Positions 50,992 through 60,615 of a DNA stretch of 64,000 nucleotides are shown here, in pieces. The DNA comes from a virus. Position 1 is the stretch's first letter. Each line of letters starts with the position of its first letter. A model generated the notes under the pieces. That model did not search any database, had not been told where the DNA came from, and was given only the letters and a program-made list of their open reading frames with translations. The DNA is taken from positions 32,001-96,000 of IMG/VR virus record IMGVR_UViG_3300005663_000033, one strand, 5' to 3'. Both the position numbers and the translations under genes were made by a program.

Positions 50992-51391
50992 AAGGAATAA
51001 ACTATGGCAAATGAAAAGGGCCGCAATAAAAGTAAACGAGAACGAAAGAAAATTGAACGACTGAAACTTTTGCTTGGTATAGACCTTTGTGCATGTGGTG
51101 GTGGACATCGGTTACGGTGCCATGGTCCGTGTAGAAAATGTCACACAAATTCCGATACCGGCAATGTCGAGTGTGGAGAAATGTATCAAATTGATCACTC
51201 GGTTGTAAAGCAGGGCGGTACACGCCGTCCTAAACGAGACTGGAAATATGGTCATCAAAAGGAGGGAAAAGAAAACATACTAGTCAAAAGCCAACGTCGT
51301 AATAAAATTGAAAGAGATAGGTCTGAGTAGTTGATCTTGGGTGTATAAACATCTACTGATCAATTGATTTGAAAAACAGAAAGGTAAAAAA

Positions 51392-51841
51392 ATGAAGAAT
51401 CGATGTATTATTTTTATTCTGTTGGCATTTATGGTTATGCCAATTACTGGTTGTACTACTTTTGGAGATAATGGGGGTTGGCAGGATAATGTCGTACAAT
51501 TGAAGGATGACATCTTCATGTTTTCCAAGTTGGCCACACGGATTGCTCTAACGGAAGCTCAGATGCCATCAGAGGATGTGGAACTAATTGAGGGATATTT
51601 AGTAGCTCTAGGAGACCTGCTTTCCGTACCTGGTCAGCCAAACTTTACAGGCGCTAGGGCACTTGTTAGTATAAAGCTTCCGCAGAAATATCAAGTCTAT
51701 GGTTTAACCATCATTGATGTACTGGAAAGATATTTACAAACTGCAAATCTAAATATTACTGATGATCAGGAGGATATTATTGCGATTATCTCATCCGGCA
51801 TCGATGGCGCACTCGTAGCTGTGCGAGAATTTATGGAATAA
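51392..51841 (+). CDS. Putative lipoprotein
   Basis: Signal peptide with ITGC lipobox. Confidence 0.65.
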   Translation: MKNRCIIFILLAFMVMPITGCTTFGDNGGWQDNVVQLKDDIFMFSKLATRIALTEAQMPSEDVELIEGYLVALGDLLSVPGQPNFTGARALVSIKLPQKYQVYGLTIIDVLERYLQTANLNITDDQEDIIAIISSGIDGALVAVREFME

Positions 51842-51853
51842 ATGTTATTTTGT

Positions 51854-51887
51854 ATGGGGCGGCTCAATTTGAGCCGTCCCATTCCTT
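51854..51887 (+). terminator. Terminator-like hairpin
   Basis: ATGGGGCGGCTCA-ATT-TGAGCCGTCCCAT with a weak T tract. Confidence 0.55.
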
Positions 51888-51893
51888 GTATTT

Positions 51894-52739
51894 GTGGGGT
51901 TGGATATGACTCAGTCGATAATAGGAATATGCACTATATTGCTTTGTTTACTATCTGCGGGTACTGACTGTATAATCAGTGAAGAAAAGTCTAATGTCGT
52001 ATCACCAGTAATTGATAAACCAGTAATTGATAAAATTGAACTTAAACAGAAAGAGATGCGAGACACAATAGTGCTCGTAAAGACACGTCGTGGAAGTGGT
52101 TCTGGAACCATTATAGATCGCATAGATATCGACATTGAAAACATATTCGAATATCGTATACTAACTAATGCACATGTAGTTCATTCAAGATTCTTTAGAT
52201 ATTTACGAGGTGTTAATTCTTTAACAGGAAAAATAAAAACCGAAGTTGTTGACACTGGTTGTGAAATTATTACATTTGATCATAAAAACCAAAAATGGAA
52301 CAGCTATGTTGTAGATATTGTCTCAGAAGATGTAGCACTTGACTTGGCAATTTTATCTTTTGTGTCAAATAAGGAATTAAACGTAGCAAAAATAGCTAAC
52401 GATGACATGTTAAAACAAATTCGTGTTTTTGATGAAGTTTTTGCTATTGGTTGTCAGCTTGGACAGGCTCCAAGTCCAACAACTGGTATTGTATCACGAA
52501 TTCTGACGGGAACTCACAATAAACAGAAATGGATAGTTTATGGAAGTACTACACAAATTGTTCCAGGTTCTAGCGGTGGTGGACTATTTAAGGAATATGA
52601 TGATCATTATTATTTGATAGGTATTCCATATCTCGCTGCCATAACTAATAGTGGTCAATTTGTATCGCATTTATCATCAGCCATTTCTGTTGTAACAGCA
52701 AAAAACTTTATTGATGAAAACTCGGTGTGCAATGACTAA
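51894..52739 (+). CDS. Trypsin-like serine protease with N-terminal signal/anchor
   Basis: GSG, LTNAHV (His), DLAIL (Asp), PGSSGGGLF (Ser). Confidence 0.88.
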   Translation: MGLDMTQSIIGICTILLCLLSAGTDCIISEEKSNVVSPVIDKPVIDKIELKQKEMRDTIVLVKTRRGSGSGTIIDRIDIDIENIFEYRILTNAHVVHSRFFRYLRGVNSLTGKIKTEVVDTGCEIITFDHKNQKWNSYVVDIVSEDVALDLAILSFVSNKELNVAKIANDDMLKQIRVFDEVFAIGCQLGQAPSPTTGIVSRILTGTHNKQKWIVYGSTTQIVPGSSGGGLFKEYDDHYYLIGIPYLAAITNSGQFVSHLSSAISVVTAKNFIDENSVCND

Positions 52740-53412
52740 GCCGTCATTACTGGAGACAATTTTGCGACATATGCGACCTTCCAAAATTGTTATGCCAAGT
52801 TTTTACTGGAGATACACATTCCTTGAATTTCCCGAATTACAAACTGCGAAAGGTATTTATCAAAGAAACGGTCAATCAGTATGGGAACATACCATGAATG
52901 TAATAGATCGTTTATCCGACAAAACAGATATAGCATTGCTTGCCGGATTATTTCACGATCTTGGAAAATGTAAGATACCTCCAATGGATGATCCATCTTT
53001 ACCTAGATTCCCTGGCCACCCAATAGCGTCTGCGAATATTGCGGAAAATACTTTGGCTTTATGGGGAGGGCGTGATTATCTAATAGATAGGGTTTCTAGA
53101 ATAGTTTCAACCCACATGTATGACATAAGCAACGCGACAAGAGAAAAGACTATCCGTAAGTTCGTTGCAGATGTGGGGCAGGACAATATAGAGAATTGGT
53201 TCGATGTACGAATTGCAGATTCTTCATCATATTCGTTTTATTCGAACCAAAAACAACGAAAACACCGTTCCGCAAAAGAAAGTTACTATAGTAGATACAT
53301 AGAACCATTTCATAAAGTTGTTATGTCTTATTTGGAAAAACAACCAAAAACCGATCAGCCTAAATTTACTTGCCCGGTTACGGGAATGCAGATAGAAGGG
53401 GGAGATGATTAG
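52732..53412 (+). CDS. HD-domain phosphohydrolase (similar to the HD part of CCA-adding enzymes)
   Basis: VWEHT, LFHDLGK, F.GH...SA, HM, AD. Confidence 0.8.
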   Translation: MTKPSLLETILRHMRPSKIVMPSFYWRYTFLEFPELQTAKGIYQRNGQSVWEHTMNVIDRLSDKTDIALLAGLFHDLGKCKIPPMDDPSLPRFPGHPIASANIAENTLALWGGRDYLIDRVSRIVSTHMYDISNATREKTIRKFVADVGQDNIENWFDVRIADSSSYSFYSNQKQRKHRSAKESYYSRYIEPFHKVVMSYLEKQPKTDQPKFTCPVTGMQIEGGDD

Positions 53413-55196
53413 TGAGTGTTGATAAGTACTCACCACAGGGATTTGCTCTCAAGATTTTTCAGGATAGATACGCTATCCACGCAAAAGAAACATTTGAACA
53501 GGCTTGCGAACGAGTTTCCAGGACGATTGCAGATGCTGAAATGGGAACCAAACGAGATGAGTATTTTACCAGGTTCCTAGATGTTTTGCAGACGAATCGT
53601 TTTTCTCCCGGCGGAAGAATCTGGAGAGGTGCAGGACGCCCAAGAGGGCAATTACTTAACTGTTTTTGTATACCAGCAGAGGATTCCAGAGAAGGTTGGG
53701 GGGATGTCCTCCGTAATGTTACTATTATATCAGGGACAGGTGGTGGAGTTGGAATTAATTTTTCCAAAATTAGACCACGAGGAACCAAAATCAGAGGTAC
53801 TGGTGGTGAAGCAACTGGCTCCGTAAGTCTTATGCGAGCCGTTAATGCGGTCTGTAATGAATTGCGTGAGGGTGGAGGTCGTCGCAGCGCTTTATTATAC
53901 TGCCTAGATTGGAGACATCCTGATTTACTTGAGTTTCTTGAGGCTAAGTTAGACAAAAAAGAATTAACCAATGCTAATATTTCTGTGTTGGTTGACGATG
54001 AGTTTTTTAAATTATTAGACAATAAAGGCGATATAGTCTTTAAGTGGCAGGGGGAAGAACGAGGAAAGATATCTTCTCAGGAATTGTGGGATAAAATTAT
54101 TCAAAATGCGTGGAATGGTGGTGATCCCGGCTTGCTTAACATTGGTCTTATGAGTGAACAGAATACTATATCATATGTTAATGGAGGAGAAATTTCATCT
54201 CCTAACCCATGCGCAGAAGCCACCCTAGAAGAATATGGATGTTGTTGCCTAGGCGCTATCAATCTCCACACACATATCGTAGATGGAAAAATGGATTGGG
54301 ATTTATTAGAAGAAACTGTTGCTATTGGAGTTCGATTTTTAGATGATGTATTGGAGCAAAATAATTATCCACTTCCAATTATCCAACAAACATCACAGAG
54401 ACATCGTCGCATTGGTCTCGGGATTATGGGTTTACATGATATGTTAATAGAACTCAATCTTAAGTATTCAACCCAGATAGCAAGAGACACCGTTGACAAA
54501 ATTATGAACTTTATTAAAAAGCAGGCTTATCATGCCAGTATTACTCTAGCAATAGAAAAAGGTCCATTCCAAGCCTTTGATGCATCTAAACACACAAGAA
54601 CTGGATTTGCTAAGAAACATCTTACTCGCAGGCATCACCGTCTTATCAAAGAATATGGTATTCGCAATTGTGCATTGTTGGCGGCAGCACCAACTGGAAC
54701 AATTTCATTAGTTGCTGGATGTTCGTCTGGCATAGAACCGCTATTTCAAGCTGTCTACAAAAGACACTTTAACAAACACAAGGATACGCATAATGATAAG
54801 AAAAAAAATGGAGCAATGGAAATAATAATTCATCCATTATTGGCGAAGTTTCTTAAGGCCAACAGGTCTACAAAATGTTTTCAAAATGCTCACGATATTT
54901 CTCCAGAAGAACATCTGGCAATGCAAGTAGTGTGTCAAAATCATATAGACAATGCAATATCTAAAACGATAAATGTGCCAACAGACTTTGCTGTAGAGCA
55001 ACTATCTCGTGCTGTTAGAAAATATATCGACAGATTGAAGGGTGTAACTATATATCGGGATGGAAGCAGAAGTAAATCTCCATTAATTCCAATTCCCACC
55101 TCAGAGGCTAAACAATATCTGGACAAAATGAAAGAAGAAGCGGCAATTGATGATTGTCCAAGTGGTAAATGTAACATTCCGAAAGGTGGTAAATAG
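53412..55196 (+). CDS. nrdJ: Ribonucleotide reductase, probably class II (adenosylcobalamin-dependent)
   Basis: PGGRI, LLNCF, GGGVG, NPCAE, CCLGAINL, APTGTIS, SSGIEP, ISKTIN, KGVTIYRDGSR, C-terminal CxxxxC; no beta subunit gene nearby. Confidence 0.9.
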   Translation: MSVDKYSPQGFALKIFQDRYAIHAKETFEQACERVSRTIADAEMGTKRDEYFTRFLDVLQTNRFSPGGRIWRGAGRPRGQLLNCFCIPAEDSREGWGDVLRNVTIISGTGGGVGINFSKIRPRGTKIRGTGGEATGSVSLMRAVNAVCNELREGGGRRSALLYCLDWRHPDLLEFLEAKLDKKELTNANISVLVDDEFFKLLDNKGDIVFKWQGEERGKISSQELWDKIIQNAWNGGDPGLLNIGLMSEQNTISYVNGGEISSPNPCAEATLEEYGCCCLGAINLHTHIVDGKMDWDLLEETVAIGVRFLDDVLEQNNYPLPIIQQTSQRHRRIGLGIMGLHDMLIELNLKYSTQIARDTVDKIMNFIKKQAYHASITLAIEKGPFQAFDASKHTRTGFAKKHLTRRHHRLIKEYGIRNCALLAAAPTGTISLVAGCSSGIEPLFQAVYKRHFNKHKDTHNDKKKNGAMEIIIHPLLAKFLKANRSTKCFQNAHDISPEEHLAMQVVCQNHIDNAISKTINVPTDFAVEQLSRAVRKYIDRLKGVTIYRDGSRSKSPLIPIPTSEAKQYLDKMKEEAAIDDCPSGKCNIPKGGK

Positions 55197-57107
55197 ATGG
55201 CTAAAGAAAAACCCCAATTAAGCGAACAAATGCAGGAAGTCATTAGATTGATTAGATTACACAATCGTAATGGAAGCTCAGGAGTTCTCAGGGAAGAAGT
55301 GGCAGAAGGCCTTGATATTTCTGTTTGGAAAGCCAGAAAACTCATCACCCAAGCGGAAACTATTTTAGCAGGTACTCCAAAAGTTGGCATTGACCCAAGT
55401 GATCCACTTTTTCGATCAGAAGTTGCACGACGCATAAAAAAACAAACTACAATAGTGAAGATTGCTGGAGCAATGCATTCGACTGAAGAAGAGGTAAGTG
55501 CCGTTATTGACGATATGGAAGAACGCGGATATATAATCCTAAGACGAGGAAATACGGTTCAATTAGGTAAATCGGTAGAACATTCACCTACGGGTATTGT
55601 TTTTGAAAATCATTTTCACGACAAACCAATTTCATTCGGTGTTGTTGCTGACATGCATTTGTGTAGCAAAGCGGAACGATTAGATGTGCTTAATGCGGCG
55701 TATGACGAATTTGCCCGAAGAGGGATTAATACAGTTCTATGCCCTGGAAATTATATAGATGGAGAATGTAGATTCAACACACATGAACTTCTAGCGCATG
55801 GCATAGCTGATCAATGTCAGTATGCTATTGACCATTGGCCGTCAAGACCTGGTATTAAAACCTATTTCGTGGATGGCGATGACCATGAAGGTTGGTTCCA
55901 GCAAAGAGAAGGTATTGAGTTCGGTCGCTATCTAATGCTCGAAGCCCAGGCTCAGGGTCGAGATGATCTTGTATACATGGGTTATATGGAAGCGGATTTT
56001 GAATTAAAAGCACCTAATGGAAGTGCCGTAATCAAAGTTATTCACGCTGGTGGGGGTTCGTCCTATGCATATAGTTATGCTTCGCAAAAATTAGCAGAGA
56101 GTTTTCAAGGAGGTGAGAAGCCAGCCGTTTGCATTATTGGTCATTATCACAAAATGGAATATTGTGTAAGTTTAGATTCTGAAATCCTTACTAAGAATGG
56201 ATGGAAAAAACACAATGAACTTACCCTGAAAGAAGAAATATTAGGATATAATTTAGAGACCGGGTTGTCAGAATGGACTACGCTGGATAGTATAAATGTC
56301 TTTCCTGAAAAACAATTAAACTATTATAGCAATGCAAAATTTGCGGTTAATTGTACGCCAGATCATAAGTGGGTCTGGGAACAAGATGGGGAAAGATTTC
56401 TAGCTTCTATGTCTGAAGTACATCCCAAATGGGACAATAATCGTCCTATGCTGATTCAAACAGCCAGGGCTCCTGATGGACCGGGTTTGCCTCAATTAAA
56501 ATATCAAGATTTACTAGAGAAAGAAACATTGGTTCAGCAAGTTATAAAAATGACTTCTGCCGAAAGACAAGCATTCCTGGTTGGCCTCATGGTAGGAGAA
56601 GGATCAAGAGCAAACAGTACAATATCTTTTGCTCAAAATGGCGGACCAGTGAATGACGCTTTTACTTTAGCTGCTTTTCTAGAAGGATGGGCTATGGGGA
56701 AGCCATATATAATACAAGATTCACAAACATTACGTACAGGTATTTTTCAAAAGCCGCATAGAGATCATCGTATTAGAGATGCTTTGGTAAAAACTACTAC
56801 TGAGACAGTTTGGTGCCCAACTACTGGTTTGGGTACGTGGGTTATGAGACAAAATGGCCAAATAACTATTACAGGTAATTGTTTCCCAAGGAACGTTCAC
56901 TGTTTACAAGCCGGGACAATGCAGGATCAAACTAGATTTATGAGGAAAAGAAAACTTGCTGCTCACGTTGGTTTTTGCATAGTTACATTACAACAGGATA
57001 TAGGAGGAAGTGTTACCAGATTCTCTCCAGAATTTTTTCCATTCTGGGATCGAGGATACTATTTGAAGAGAGATGGAATTACTGAAAGACTCCAGAACGG
57101 AGAATAG
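55197..57107 (+). CDS. HTH plus calcineurin-like metallophosphoesterase, interrupted by an intein
   Basis: DMH, GNYIDG, GDDHE, IH and GHYH motifs; intein follows GHYHKMEY. Confidence 0.85.
   Translation: MAKEKPQLSEQMQEVIRLIRLHNRNGSSGVLREEVAEGLDISVWKARKLITQAETILAGTPKVGIDPSDPLFRSEVARRIKKQTTIVKIAGAMHSTEEEVSAVIDDMEERGYIILRRGNTVQLGKSVEHSPTGIVFENHFHDKPISFGVVADMHLCSKAERLDVLNAAYDEFARRGINTVLCPGNYIDGECRFNTHELLAHGIADQCQYAIDHWPSRPGIKTYFVDGDDHEGWFQQREGIEFGRYLMLEAQAQGRDDLVYMGYMEADFELKAPNGSAVIKVIHAGGGSSYAYSYASQKLAESFQGGEKPAVCIIGHYHKMEYCVSLDSEILTKNGWKKHNELTLKEEILGYNLETGLSEWTTLDSINVFPEKQLNYYSNAKFAVNCTPDHKWVWEQDGERFLASMSEVHPKWDNNRPMLIQTARAPDGPGLPQLKYQDLLEKETLVQQVIKMTSAERQAFLVGLMVGEGSRANSTISFAQNGGPVNDAFTLAAFLEGWAMGKPYIIQDSQTLRTGIFQKPHRDHRIRDALVKTTTETVWCPTTGLGTWVMRQNGQITITGNCFPRNVHCLQAGTMQDQTRFMRKRKLAAHVGFCIVTLQQDIGGSVTRFSPEFFPFWDRGYYLKRDGITERLQNGE
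56163..56879 (+). mobile_element. Intein (239 aa) with degenerate LAGLIDADG-like core
   Basis: Block A CVSLDSEILTKNGW, block B CTPDHKW, AFLVGLMVGEGS, block F VWCPTT, terminal TGN followed by a +1 Cys. Confidence 0.88.
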
Positions 57108-57109
57108 GT

Positions 57110-57745
57110 TTGGGTACATTTATTAATATTGCTGGACAACGGTTTGGTAGATTAACTGTTTCATGTATAGCTGACCGAGATAAATGGAAAAATATCAGAT
57201 GGTCATGTATTTGTGATTGTGGTCATAAAACTATTGTTTTAGGAGGCGCTCTTCGGCAAGGAAGAATCAATAATTGCGGTTGTTCAAAAATACGACATGG
57301 ACATAGCAAGCAAGGTAATATGACACAAATATATATCGCGTGGATGGCTATGAAACAAAGATGTGTTAATCTAAACAACCCAGAATACAAAAACTATGGA
57401 GCAAGAAATATAACTATATGTTTTCGCTGGAAAGTATTTGAAAATTTCCTTGCAGATATGGGGGAACCTCCGACAGAAAATCATTCTTTAGATAGAATAA
57501 ACAATGATGGTAATTATTGTCCAGAAAACTGCCGTTGGGCAACTAAAACAGAACAAGCAAGAAACATGAGAGTCAATCATCTGATAACCTATCGAGGCAA
57601 AACACAATGTCTGCCAATTTGGGCTGAACAATTTGGCATAAGTGAAAATGCTTTGCGGACCAGACTCCGTGTATTAGGTTGGTCCATAGAAAAAGCTTTG
57701 ACGACACCAATAAAAAGATACAAGAAAAGGAAAATCAATGGCTAA
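57110..57745 (+). CDS. Free-standing HNH homing endonuclease, paralog of 44847
   Basis: GQRFGRLTV, CICDCG, YGARNITIC.RW..FENFLADMG, SLDRINNDGNYCPENCRWAT. Confidence 0.88.
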   Translation: MGTFINIAGQRFGRLTVSCIADRDKWKNIRWSCICDCGHKTIVLGGALRQGRINNCGCSKIRHGHSKQGNMTQIYIAWMAMKQRCVNLNNPEYKNYGARNITICFRWKVFENFLADMGEPPTENHSLDRINNDGNYCPENCRWATKTEQARNMRVNHLITYRGKTQCLPIWAEQFGISENALRTRLRVLGWSIEKALTTPIKRYKKRKING

Positions 57746-58691
57746 ACTTGAAATGACATATGCCTGGAGTAATTCCAGAGTTAAGACACTGCGTGAATGT
57801 TCATGGAAATATTATTTGACTTATATACAGTCTTGGGAAGGATGGCTTACCTCTGCGCCTCAGGAGAAGAGACAAGCTTATATGCTTAAACAAATGACCA
57901 ATCTCCCCATATGGATCGGTTCTATTGTTCACGATGTAATAGAAGAAATTATTACCATAGGTCGTACAACTGAAGAATGGAGAACGTTAGAACAAGCCCA
58001 ACACGACGGTATCCAGGCGCTGAGAAAGGGCTGGAAACAATCCAAAGATAAAAGATGGCAAGGTAGTCCAAAGAGAAACATAAATCTCGCAGAACATTTT
58101 TATCAGAAAGAGATAGAACCTGATAAATTAGCTTCATATAAACAAAAGGTTCTCAGATCACTGAAAGCATTCTATGATATGCCCTTATTCAAAATATTAC
58201 AGGGTCTCAAAAAAGAGGACTGGCTTACTCTCGAAGATTTCCAGAAGTTCCAAATGGATACGGGGGAAGAAGTTACGGTAAAGATTGACTGTGGCTTCCG
58301 GTATCGGGGAAAGGTGTATCTTCTGGACTGGAAGACTGGAATGGTTAATGACAGTGTGATAGACCAACTAGTAACCTATTCTATGTATGCATTGAAGCAA
58401 GGATGGGTAAAGAAGCCCGAAGATATTATCATCATCCCAGTATATTTAGCGGCGTATGCAGAACTTGGAGAACAAGCTACTCCACATCTCAATGTTACCA
58501 TGCAACACATGAAAAGACAAGCGGGTATAATTCGCAGTGAATACCCTCTGCTGAAGGAAGCTTTTGACAATAAAGATGATCCATCTAAATTTGAGCGGAC
58601 AGATAACGAAAGAGCTTGTGTAAAATGTCATTTTAGAGATATGTGTTCCGGTGCGAAAATGGAGATATCAGATGGAGCAACACCTTTCTAA
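57738..58691 (+). CDS. PD-(D/E)XK nuclease (RecB/Cas4-like)
   Basis: WSNSR....EC..KY, G..VH, E...KID...LDWKTG, QL..Y, C..C.F...C. Confidence 0.85.
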   Translation: MAKLEMTYAWSNSRVKTLRECSWKYYLTYIQSWEGWLTSAPQEKRQAYMLKQMTNLPIWIGSIVHDVIEEIITIGRTTEEWRTLEQAQHDGIQALRKGWKQSKDKRWQGSPKRNINLAEHFYQKEIEPDKLASYKQKVLRSLKAFYDMPLFKILQGLKKEDWLTLEDFQKFQMDTGEEVTVKIDCGFRYRGKVYLLDWKTGMVNDSVIDQLVTYSMYALKQGWVKKPEDIIIIPVYLAAYAELGEQATPHLNVTMQHMKRQAGIIRSEYPLLKEAFDNKDDPSKFERTDNERACVKCHFRDMCSGAKMEISDGATPF

Positions 58692-59244
58692 AAAATATGA
58701 AATATTAATGATTGATCCACCTTGGCCTAAGAAAAAGGGTGGTATAAGAAAAATAGCCCCTAATCAAACACGAATGTTGGATTATCCTACTTTATCTATT
58801 AAAAAAATTGCAATTTTATTGGATGATCATATATTACCGTTGGCTTCTGAACAACATACTGTCTTTCTTTGGACTATTGATCAATTTTTACACGAATCTG
58901 AACAAATTATGGAGCAACGTGGTTACAAAAGACATGCTCGAATTATTTGGGATAAAGGAAATGGTGTAGCTCCTGCGTTTACAATTCGTTATACACATGA
59001 ATACTTATTGTGGTATTACAAACCAAAAATGTTGCGCATATGTAGAGATGCTAGGGGGAAATTAACTACAGTTATACAATCACCAAATCGACAGCATTCT
59101 CGTAAACCAGACAAAGCGTATGATTATATTAATTTCCTTTATCCAGATGCCAGTAAAATAGATATTTTTAGTAGAGAAAAAAGAACTGGATGGGATCAAT
59201 GGGGAAGTGAATGTGGTAAGTTTGATAGACCAACATTATGTTAG
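58672..59244 (+). CDS. MT-A70-family N6-adenine methyltransferase
   Basis: IDPPW, Y.TLS, FLWT, IWDK, HSRKP, DIFSR..R.GWD.WG.E. Confidence 0.9.
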   Translation: MEQHLSKKYEILMIDPPWPKKKGGIRKIAPNQTRMLDYPTLSIKKIAILLDDHILPLASEQHTVFLWTIDQFLHESEQIMEQRGYKRHARIIWDKGNGVAPAFTIRYTHEYLLWYYKPKMLRICRDARGKLTTVIQSPNRQHSRKPDKAYDYINFLYPDASKIDIFSREKRTGWDQWGSECGKFDRPTLC

Positions 59245-59729
59245 AAGCAACCCTGTATTTTGATGGTGGAATCCGCCAAGATATTATGGCTTATGGTTGG
59301 CTGTTAGTAGACAAAACCATAGTTGACTTGCGAAATTGTCTTTCGAATGACAACAAGGATGTAATCGCATCTGGCAATAAAACATGTGGGGAAGGAACAT
59401 CAAACATAGCAGAATATCGTGCATTAATCGCCGGACTAAGAGGAAGTCTTAAGTGTGGAGTAGATGTTATCCACATCATAGGAGATAGTCAGCTTATCAT
59501 TAAACAGGTGACTGGAGTATTCAAAGTAAAGAAACCGGAACTAAAGACCCATCGTGATTACGTTCTTGAACTTTTAAATCATTTTGAAGATTTCACAATC
59601 AAGTGGGTGCCACGGGTAGAGAACAAAAGAGCAGATGCTCTAGTTAACGCAGTATTCGAAAGGAAAAATGAAAAATGTTCTCCAAAAAAGAAAAATCAAG
59701 GCCGCAAAGATTTGCGAAAACGATCCTAG
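59238..59729 (+). CDS. rnhA: Ribonuclease HI
   Basis: LYFDGG, TSNIAEYRAL, GDSQL, WVPR.EN..AD.L.N. Confidence 0.92.
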   Translation: MLEATLYFDGGIRQDIMAYGWLLVDKTIVDLRNCLSNDNKDVIASGNKTCGEGTSNIAEYRALIAGLRGSLKCGVDVIHIIGDSQLIIKQVTGVFKVKKPELKTHRDYVLELLNHFEDFTIKWVPRVENKRADALVNAVFERKNEKCSPKKKNQGRKDLRKRS

Positions 59730-60241
59730 CTCTACTATTTTGTGTCTTGCCGGGATGCGTAGCACCAGATGCCGTCAAAACTGAGATTCAGGGTATCCGC
59801 AACGACATGGGTAGTCTTGAAAAAATTGTTGATCAGAAAGCTGACAGCACCGTGGTTGCTGAGCAAGTAGGTGAAATCAATAACAAGATAGAGCAGACAG
59901 CACAGATTGCTGAAGAATTGTCTCTGTGGAGAAAAGACGTACAAGCCGAAACCATAAATTACAGTGGAGCTGGATGGGTAGTGGTTGGCACTGGCATTAT
60001 GGCTTTAATTTTCGTTGGTGCGGGTTTGTTGCTTATTCGAGCATTTATGAAAAGAGGTAGTCTACTGACTCTTATAACTTGTGCGATTCAGAAGGTTGGT
60101 AAGCATTCACCGGATACTGTAAAAGCTATTAAGAAACAATTAAAAATTGAAACTTTAAATGGAGGCCCATTTACAGAACAGGATCGAAAAAATCTCGGTA
60201 ATTTTGCCAAGAAAAAAGGAACTTTTTCGGAACAAGAATAG
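59675..60241 (+). CDS. Putative lipoprotein/membrane protein with coiled coil
   Basis: LPGC lipobox, coiled-coil segment, second hydrophobic helix. Confidence 0.65.
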   Translation: MFSKKEKSRPQRFAKTILALLFCVLPGCVAPDAVKTEIQGIRNDMGSLEKIVDQKADSTVVAEQVGEINNKIEQTAQIAEELSLWRKDVQAETINYSGAGWVVVGTGIMALIFVGAGLLLIRAFMKRGSLLTLITCAIQKVGKHSPDTVKAIKKQLKIETLNGGPFTEQDRKNLGNFAKKKGTFSEQE

Positions 60242-60257
60242 GGTTTTGAGGTATAAT
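60229..60257 (+). promoter_or_regulatory. Conserved phage promoter, weaker copy 6
   Basis: GGAACA-17bp-TATAAT with a diverged extension (GTTTTGAGG). Confidence 0.55.
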
Positions 60258-60273
60258 AGGATGGGAGTAAGTA

Positions 60274-60615
60274 GTGCCTACGTACGAATATGAATGCGAA
60301 GCTTGTGGTTATGAATTCGAAGCGTTTCACAGTATGTCAGCGAAGCCGCTTGTAGATTGTCCTGAGTGCTGTGAGCCTAAGTTGGTTAAACTGATCAGTC
60401 CAGGAGCAGCAATAATCATAAGGGGTACCGAAACGCCATGCCATGGCGGCAGGGGACGCAAGACACAAAAGAAACAGCAGAAGAAACCTTGCGACAATGA
60501 TCGATTGGGCGAAGGTAAAAACAAAAGTAAAAAACCATTCTGGAGAGAAGGCCCACTAAACAAAGATGTACTAAAAAATCCAACGAAGTACATTGAGGAA
60601 GGGAAGATAGATTGA
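60274..60615 (+). CDS. FmdB-family zinc-ribbon protein
   Basis: MPTYEYEC..CG..FE......P...CPEC....L.KLIS. Confidence 0.85.
   Translation: MPTYEYECEACGYEFEAFHSMSAKPLVDCPECCEPKLVKLISPGAAIIIRGTETPCHGGRGRKTQKKQQKKPCDNDRLGEGKNKSKKPFWREGPLNKDVLKNPTKYIEEGKID

Noticed and set aside
52005-52034. 15 bp tandem duplication (PVIDK twice) in the protease linker
   Set aside because: A simple in-frame slippage event in a low-complexity linker with no sign of function.
57738-58691. Cas4 as part of a CRISPR-Cas system
   Set aside because: No cas1, cas2 or array; solo PD-(D/E)XK nucleases are common in phage replication regions.
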